A DNA stretch of 64,000 bases from an uncultured delta proteobacterium (GTDB lineage Bacteria; Desulfobacterota; Binatia; UBA9968): the NCBI GenBank assembly GCA_963745035.1, contig CAVUVW010000014.1, positions 960,001 to 1,024,000 on the forward strand, given 5' to 3'. Of this stretch, positions 57,754 to 64,000 are shown piece by piece (position 1 is the stretch's first letter; every line of letters begins with the position of its first letter). A program made the translations under genes and the position numbers. The notes beneath the pieces were generated by a model. The model ran no database searches, had not been told where the DNA came from, and worked only from the letters and a program-made list of their open reading frames with translations.

Positions 57754-58263
57754 AGATGAAGCGTGAAATAATTTTTTTCTTTGCCGATGAAGCCAACTCG
57801 TTGGTAGCAGCGCTTATTTAATCTATCAGCCAATTTTCCAAATCTGTGGGTGGCTGTTACAGAACTCGCGCTGATGGACCTACGCTCACGCAATGCTACG
57901 TTGAGAGATAACGCGCTGTGCTGGTTCCGCTAACGTCAAACACACATTGGCTCTTTTCGGTGGTGCTGCGATGCGCTCGACCTCGACTCTTCCGCCGTGC
58001 GTCGGGCAATCAGCCAGAGGCCATCAGGGAAGCCGAGACCGAAATGGGGTAATAGCAGGAGGCCCAACTCCTTCCGTCCGATGCGCCTACGGGCTTTTAA
58101 ATGCGAAATTTATGAGCCCGAGCGAGGTGAAACCATTTAAACCGGCTTAACTGTCCGGGTGAGGCTCTCCCCTTAGCTGCGCCGATAATCCCGTTAAAAC
58201 CGTATTGCAAGACGCCCGACGGGCATTCTCAAAAATAGCCGCCACTATTAGCTGTGGCGAAAG

Positions 58264-59034
58264 TTATTTACCGCGAAGAATGTCGATTTTCATCTGAATG
58301 TACTGATCTCCAGCATCACTGATGCAGGCATCACAGTAGTTATCACCTGGAAACTGCTGGTAAGATGTGACTGTTCTCCGGCCGCAGGAATCACATTGAT
58401 CGCACAAGTATAATGCAGCCTTGCAAGGATGGCAGTGAACCGCAGCATCTGCTCTAAGGCACAAGACCCGTGAAGCTCCACATCTGGGACAGGCGTCGGA
58501 AAGTACGTTCCCTTCTTCCGTAGCACTAAATTGAGCCAACCCTACGGCGTTTTGCCAATCACTAAGTAGCCGGTTTGCCTGTATGTACAAATCTGGGGAT
58601 AAGAAGCTCTCCAGCGGCGTATCAAGTTCGATTCGAAGAAAGCATGCGAGGAAATTCAGTAGCAAAGGCAGTTGTTTTTTTGCAACTGACTCGTCAAACC
58701 TGGGCATGTGATGAACTATTTCGTGACGCCATTGCGTAATGTCTCTAATCAACTGAGCCTCTGTAGGCTGGAGCGCCATGCCGAGATTGGCGAGCCGCCT
58801 GGGCAACGCTCCAAGCGACACAGTCTGTTCTGTTTGCGGGCTCTTTGTGTCGATATTTTTGAGTACTAAAGCTGGATTTGTTCGAGCGAGCCGTTCCTTG
58901 AGAACTAACTCGGTTGCCGTCACCGCGTGCACTATGGCGAAACGAAGCTTACCTTGCGCAAAGTTTCTGAGCGACTCCTCTAGAAATTCGTGGGCGGATT
59001 CTAAAAGCGGACTAATGTTATCGCTCATCGACAA
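58264..59034 (-). CDS. HEPN-like domain protein with C-terminal zinc ribbons
   Basis: AIVH..ELVLKERL, RHEIVH (R-x4-H); four CxxC pairs. Confidence 0.65.
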   Translation of the reverse strand: MSMSDNISPLLESAHEFLEESLRNFAQGKLRFAIVHAVTATELVLKERLARTNPALVLKNIDTKSPQTEQTVSLGALPRRLANLGMALQPTEAQLIRDITQWRHEIVHHMPRFDESVAKKQLPLLLNFLACFLRIELDTPLESFLSPDLYIQANRLLSDWQNAVGLAQFSATEEGNVLSDACPRCGASRVLCLRADAAVHCHPCKAALYLCDQCDSCGRRTVTSYQQFPGDNYCDACISDAGDQYIQMKIDILRGK

Positions 59035-59044
59035 CTTTCAGGCT

Positions 59045-59579
59045 TCAAGCACAAACCCAGCGCTGCACAGATTCCGAATAGGCGGAGATGAATTCCAAAG
59101 TTGGAAGCGGCTCTCGCGTTTCGATTAGCATCAAAAGGCAAATCGCTAAATCCGCTATTGCCAGCCGATGAACTCTCAAGGCTAAGTCCGACTTGAGAAG
59201 CTTCGAGTTCCTCATCAGATTCGAGTAGATGTTCGATCCCGAACGTAAGTTCGTGAGCCACGAAATTTCTGTCAGCACGAGCTGCGTGGAAAAGCTTCTT
59301 TGCGTCTTCCGGAAAATTTAGGCATTCGACTACAGACTTAATTTCCTGAAAAAGTCGCCGCTCTGAGATTTTTGAAACCAAAGACTCCAAATCCTCAACC
59401 CGGCTCAGTGAGAAACTGCCGTCCGAGCTGCGCCGACGAATGCCCATAAGAAGCGCGAGCGCCTTACAACTCGCCTCGAAGCGGCTAGCGAGGGTGAGAG
59501 CCCGGCCGATCATCGAATAAACTTCATCAGAGAAGTCCGACCGCTCGGGAGGACGGCGGATGATTTCGTAAGCTGACAT
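59045..59579 (-). CDS. HEPN-like domain protein; frameshift near 59200
   Basis: IGRAL..ASRFE, ARADRNFVAHE (R-x4-H). Confidence 0.6.
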
Positions 59580-59711
59580 TGGAATCAATCTCCAGGATTT
59601 GAACAGTGAGTACTGCCCGTGTAAACACGGCGTAAACAAAATTCGCCGGAAATCAGCGCCAACACGGTCACTCTGAGCAATGTGAGCAATGTGAGCGGGA
59701 ACGAGAAAGCG

Positions 59712-59742
59712 AAAAAAAACGGGGAGTTGTGTTAACTCCCCG
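59712..59742 (-). terminator. Rho-independent terminator downstream of VOC gene
   Basis: CGGGGAGTT-AACAC-AACTCCCCG followed by T8 on the minus strand. Confidence 0.85.
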
Positions 59743-59819
59743 CCTTTGTTGAACATTCACTTAGCGGCTGGCTCTCGTCCTCATGACGAATGCCCTTTGC
59801 TTCGGTTCAAATCTTCCGT

Positions 59820-60620
59820 CTAGTTTTCCGATACGTCGATCAGCACGCCGTCGGGATCCGAGAGCTGCATCTGGCCGAAGCAGCAGCTCGCCAGCAGTTT
59901 TTGCCGGACTTCACGCTCCGGGTTTTTCTCCGGGCGCTCATCGGTGCATGGGTTGGCGCTGGAGAATTTTTCCATGTCGGCTTTGAATGCGCTCAAGCTT
60001 TCCACCTTGAAGCCGATGTGGTCCAACGCCGGACGCTCGATGCCGGAGCCGTAGAAATCGGCGATCTTCCAGGGCATCACCGCCAGGGTGATTTTTCCGT
60101 CGGACAAATAGTGATTGGGGTCGCCGGCCGGCTTTTCGAGCTCGGTCAACTCGAACACGTCGCGGTAGAACTCGGCGCATAGCTCAGGCTCGACACAGCG
60201 CAGACCGAAATGGCCGACGCGGCGCTTGCGGTCTTCGACTTTGTCCGTGTAGAGGTCGCGGCGGTTTTCCATATTCAACTGTGAGAGATCGAAAACATTG
60301 CCCATCGGGTCGTGCATGCTGATGCCGGCGAAGGGGCGGTTGCTCGGGCGCTTGAGCACTTCGATCTTCGGATATTTTTCCTTGAGCCGGGCGTAGACCA
60401 CCTCGACGTCCTGCACCTCGAAACCGAAATGGTCGAAGCCCGCCTGCCGGCCGGGCGCCCGCGGGTTCAGATTCAAGCCGACATAGCCGTCGCTGACGAC
60501 AACGGCGCCGCCGGCGCGCTTCAAGTCGGAACGTTTCATGCCCAAGACGTCGTGGTAGAAGTCGCCTTCTTGCTGGGCGTTGCTGGTCACGATCGCCATG
60601 TGCCGCATTTGTGCAAACAT
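59820..60620 (-). CDS. VOC family protein (two glyoxalase domains)
   Basis: MRHMAI, FDHFGFEV, DPMGNVFDL, LDHIGFKV, DPDGVLID. Confidence 0.88.
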   Translation of the reverse strand: MFAQMRHMAIVTSNAQQEGDFYHDVLGMKRSDLKRAGGAVVVSDGYVGLNLNPRAPGRQAGFDHFGFEVQDVEVVYARLKEKYPKIEVLKRPSNRPFAGISMHDPMGNVFDLSQLNMENRRDLYTDKVEDRKRRVGHFGLRCVEPELCAEFYRDVFELTELEKPAGDPNHYLSDGKITLAVMPWKIADFYGSGIERPALDHIGFKVESLSAFKADMEKFSSANPCTDERPEKNPEREVRQKLLASCCFGQMQLSDPDGVLIDVSEN

Positions 60621-60814
60621 AGTCGCCTCCGTTGTATGGGCTAGATAAGGTAAGCTAGTCGAAGACCCGCCGGCTTGTCAATGACTTCCGCGACTGCTCC
60701 AGCGGCGATAGAATCAGCGGTCCAAGACGGGCGACGGAAGAAACACCAAAAAATTTCTTTGGCTGCCGGGGACGGGAGGCTATAATGCGGTCTTGCGCCG
60801 GTAAGGTGAAGCTC

Positions 60815-61420
60815 ATGCCATCCATGGAAAACGCGCCGATCGCGGCGGAAAAACCTACAGCACCTCAAGCTGCCCATCACAAGGTAGATTACAGTCGGGT
60901 TTTGCGCGCGATCGGACAGGACTTGACCGAGCTGTTTCCCAAAACTCTGGTCATCGAAACGGACGGAACGAATTTCACCGCGTGCGGGAAAAGCCATCCG
61001 AATCCGTTTCACAGGGTCAGAAAATCCGCTTTCAAGAACATTTGGGAAAAACTGACCGGTGATGCTCCAGAACCCGATCCGATTGCCTACGACTGCAGCG
61101 CCGATGATTTTCAGAGAACCTATACGCCGGCGGATATCGACCGGCTGGATCAGCTTTTCAGCGCCAACCGAACCGGGCAGGTAGCACGGCCGGATAGCTA
61201 CAGCCTCGCGGAGCGATTACGGATGATGGGCAGTATCGTCAACTCGCGCAACGGGCGGCTTCAACGGCTGCGAAAAGACGCCGATAATTTCTTCGCGGAT
61301 TACTTGGATCAACTCGGCGAGCTGCGGACGGCGAAGCTCACGACGGTGATCTTGTACCGCAATCAACAAGACTCCGCTGGAGCGGCGCCGAAGGAACTCT
61401 GGGAAGGATACGATTTTTGA
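60815..61420 (+). CDS. Hypothetical protein
   Basis: Intact ORF, TATAAT at 60781, terminator downstream; homologue at 55817-56428. Confidence 0.7.
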   Translation: MPSMENAPIAAEKPTAPQAAHHKVDYSRVLRAIGQDLTELFPKTLVIETDGTNFTACGKSHPNPFHRVRKSAFKNIWEKLTGDAPEPDPIAYDCSADDFQRTYTPADIDRLDQLFSANRTGQVARPDSYSLAERLRMMGSIVNSRNGRLQRLRKDADNFFADYLDQLGELRTAKLTTVILYRNQQDSAGAAPKELWEGYDF

Positions 61421-61475
61421 CCGGCGATCAATCCGCCTCACCCGTCACGTCCAACTGCTCCAGCGACCGCTGAAC

Positions 61476-61517
61476 AAAAAAAGGGAGGCTCGAAGGAAAA
61501 CTTCGACCCTCCCTTTG
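61476..61517. terminator. Probable bidirectional terminator between convergent genes
   Basis: A-run + GGGAGG..CGAAG-loop-CTTCG..CCTCCC + TTT. Confidence 0.75.
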
Positions 61518-61535
61518 TAATTCGGGGAAATCAAC

Positions 61536-63000
61536 TCAGACGTTGACGACGACGACCCCTTTGGGCTCGAGGTAGTAGTCCAAGGCTTCGGGGCCGTGCT
61601 CGCGGCCGACGCCGCTCGATTTCACGCCGCCGAAAGGGAGCTCGTCGTAGCCGTAGTGGAGCGAGTTGACCCACACGTTTCCGGCTTGGAGCTTGTCGAT
61701 GGCCTTATTGGCGTTGAGCAAATTGCGCGTCCAGATCGACGAGCCCAAACCGAACTCCGACGCGTTCGCCTTTTCCAGCGCCTCATCGAGCGTTTTGAAA
61801 GTATAGACCGGCAGCGCTGGACCGAAGACCTCTTCCTTGGTCATGCGCGCGTCGTCCGGCACGTTGGTCATCAAGGTCGGCAGGTAGAAGAAACCCTTGT
61901 CGAAATCGCCGCCCTTGGGCCGCTCGCCGCCGAACAGCACTTTGGCGCCCCGCGACTTGGCGTCTTCCACTTGCTCTTCGACTTCCTGGCGCTGGGAACC
62001 GATGTGGATCGGGCCCATGCGGGTCTCTTTGTTGATGCCGTTGCCGACGGTTTTCTTTTTGAGGATCTCCACCAGGCCGCCGACGAAATTATCGGCGATG
62101 GATTCCTGCAGGAACAAACGCTTCACGCCGAGGCACATCTGGCCGCAATTGAAATATCGCCCCACGTCGGCCATTTTCACGGCCAGATCAAGATTGGCGT
62201 CTTCCATGACGATCATGGGATCGCTGCCGCCGAGTTCCAAAGTGACGCGCTTGATCTCGCGGCCGGCGACTTCCATGACATGGCGGCCGACCGGCGTCGA
62301 GCCGGTGAATGCGATGCGGCGGATGCGCGGGTTGCGCAGCAGCTCTTCGCCGACGCTGCCGCCCGGACCGGTGACGATGTTCACCGTGCCTTTGGGAAGG
62401 GTCTTCTGCGCCTTGCCTTCGCCGAAGGTCGCCTGGGCGATCAATTCGATGACTTTGATGGTGGCAAGGGGAGTGGTGCTGGCCGGTTTGATGATGATCG
62501 TGTTGCCGGCGGCGAGCGCCGGGCCGAGCTTGGTGCCCATCAATGTCAGCGGAAAATTCCACGGCACGATGCCGCCGCACACGCCGATGGGCTGGCGCAC
62601 GACCATGCCGTAGGCGCCTTTTTGCGGCAGCGGCACATGAGAACCGCGGACTTTGGAAGCGAGACCCGCATAGAACTCCAGGCCGTGGACGAGATGATGA
62701 ATCTCCAAGCCGGCTTCGAAAACGCGTCTTGCCTTGCTCCTGGGTGAGTAGCTGGGCGATCTCGCCGGTATTCTTCTTGATCAGCTCACCGGCATTCATC
62801 AAGGCGTTGCCGCGATCCTCCGGCGAAACGTCGGACCAAACTTTGAACGCATCCTCTGCCGCTTGAATCGCCTGTTGCACGTCTTTGTCGTTGCCTTGCG
62901 GCACGGTATCGACCGTGGCGCCCGTGGCGGGATTACGCACTTCAGTGGTGTTTTTGGTTACGGAATCGACGGACTCGCCGCCGATAAACATCTTGGCCAT
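61536..63000 (-). CDS. Aldehyde dehydrogenase; frameshift near 62725
   Basis: IVPWNFP, FTGST, LELGG, NCGQMC, EEVFGP, PFGGVK.SG. Confidence 0.95.
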
Positions 63001-63012
63001 TAGTTAAACCTC

Positions 63013-63125
63013 CAGTGATTAGTGATTAGTGAACTAGGGTTAGTGAATTAGTGAGTTCAGTGAGTTAGTGATCGAAGTTGCGCGCCAGCGACTAACTCAC
63101 TAGCTCACTAATCACTAACTCACTT
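63013..63125. repeat. Inverted arrays of 7-8-mer tandem repeats (TTAGTGA / TCACTAA)
   Basis: Roughly seven left units and four to five right units; the same unit occurs at 3671-3703. Confidence 0.8.
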
Positions 63126-63126
63126 C

Positions 63127-63918
63127 TTACCTTCCTTTGAATTGCGCGGTGCGTTTTTCGAGATAGGCTTTGACGCCTTCCTGGCCGTCTTCGCTCCCGA
63201 ACGTCTGAGCGAGAAGCTCGCGCTCGAAGGCCAGGCCGTCCGGCAAGGAAAGTTCGAGGCCGGTTTGAATCGCGCGCTTCACCTTGCCGACCGCCATGCT
63301 GCTCTTGTTCGGCACGATAAATTGGCGCGCGTAGTCCATGACCTGATCCATGAAATTTTCTTTTTCGTAGATGTAGTGAACGAGTCCCATTTCGAGAGCT
63401 TCTTCGAAGGCGATCGTCTTGCCGGTGGCGCAAAGCTCCAGGGCGCGCGCCTTGCCGACCAGGCGCGGCAAGCGCTGGGTGCCGCCCATGCCGGGCATGA
63501 CGCCCAGATTGATTTCCGCAAGGCCGACGCGGCCGCCTTCCTTCTTGGCGATGCGGATGTCGCAGGCCATGGCGATCTCCAAGCCGCCGCCGACGGCGTG
63601 ACCGTTGATCGCGGCGATGATGATCTTCGGCGTGTTTTCCAGGCGCATCAGGACTTCGTGCCCGTGCAGCGCGAAGTTGTTTTTGAAACTTAAAGGCTTG
63701 CTCGAAAGCATGTTGATGTCGGCGCCGGCGGAGAAAAACTTCTCGACCTTGCCCGTGAGCACGATGGCATGGACGTTTTCATCGAAGCGCGCTTCCAAAA
63801 TCGCCGCGTCCAGCTCTTTCAATAGCTCGGTGGTGTAGCTGTTTACCGGCGGGCGATTGATTTCCAAGACCGCGACGCCGTTATCGACGCGAGATTCAAT
63901 CATTTTCCCGTCTGCCAT
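63127..63918 (-). CDS. Enoyl-CoA hydratase/isomerase family protein
   Basis: FSAGADI, IAAINGHAVGGGLEIAMACDIR, GLAEINLG..PG.GGTQRL. Confidence 0.95.
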   Translation of the reverse strand: MADGKMIESRVDNGVAVLEINRPPVNSYTTELLKELDAAILEARFDENVHAIVLTGKVEKFFSAGADINMLSSKPLSFKNNFALHGHEVLMRLENTPKIIIAAINGHAVGGGLEIAMACDIRIAKKEGGRVGLAEINLGVMPGMGGTQRLPRLVGKARALELCATGKTIAFEEALEMGLVHYIYEKENFMDQVMDYARQFIVPNKSSMAVGKVKRAIQTGLELSLPDGLAFERELLAQTFGSEDGQEGVKAYLEKRTAQFKGR

Positions 63919-64000
63919 GATCGTTCCTCCTGCCTGATGAATCAGATCATTTCAATTAACCGGCATCCCGCGCAAGTCAAGGCCGTGTCGGGAGAAGAAT

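Noticed and set aside
8763-62747. Numerous long antisense or overlapping ORFs (e.g. 8763-10142, 20308-21381, 28296-29705, 36587-37726, 40260-41411, 61596-62747)
   Set aside because: Shadow ORFs typical of high-GC coding DNA. They lie opposite well-supported genes and contain no motifs.
982-63000. Frameshifts in many genes as programmed frameshifting or mass pseudogenisation
   Set aside because: They hit housekeeping genes (rsmA, aldehyde dehydrogenase, UbiD, NfeD) at random positions without shared slippery motifs, which is best explained by sequencing or assembly indels. This also means some 'pseudogene' calls may be intact genes.
63013-63125. CRISPR array
   Set aside because: Units are 7-8 nt with no unique spacers, and there are no cas genes.

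Overview
GC-rich bacterial chromosomal window. The gene repertoire (many stand-alone NMT1/THI5-type and TctC solute-binding proteins, amidohydrolases, VOC enzymes, UbiD, LLM) suggests a soil 'Deltaproteobacteria'/Candidatus Binatia-like organism; this is inference only. Many otherwise intact genes carry single-base frameshifts, most likely long-read or assembly errors. Core regions: a PBP1B-like/TPR lipoprotein/tsaD/rsmA/mutM operon (1-4.5 kb), an SPFH-NfeD pair, and a long run of catabolic and transport genes (14-49 kb and 59.8-64 kb). Two visibly lower-GC accessory patches are present. The first (~9.9-13.2 kb) holds a membrane-anchored TIR protein and small ORFs separated by copies of a palindromic ACTTGA-N7-TCAAGT site. 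The second (~49.5-59.7 kb) holds a phage terminase-small-like ORF, an ECF sigma/cupin anti-sigma pair, six diverged paralogues of one unknown ~100-aa family, an ATP-dependent ligase fragment and two tandem HEPN-like genes. Several families of intergenic palindromic or tandem repeats are present. No rRNA, intact tRNA, CRISPR array, integrase or transposase was seen.
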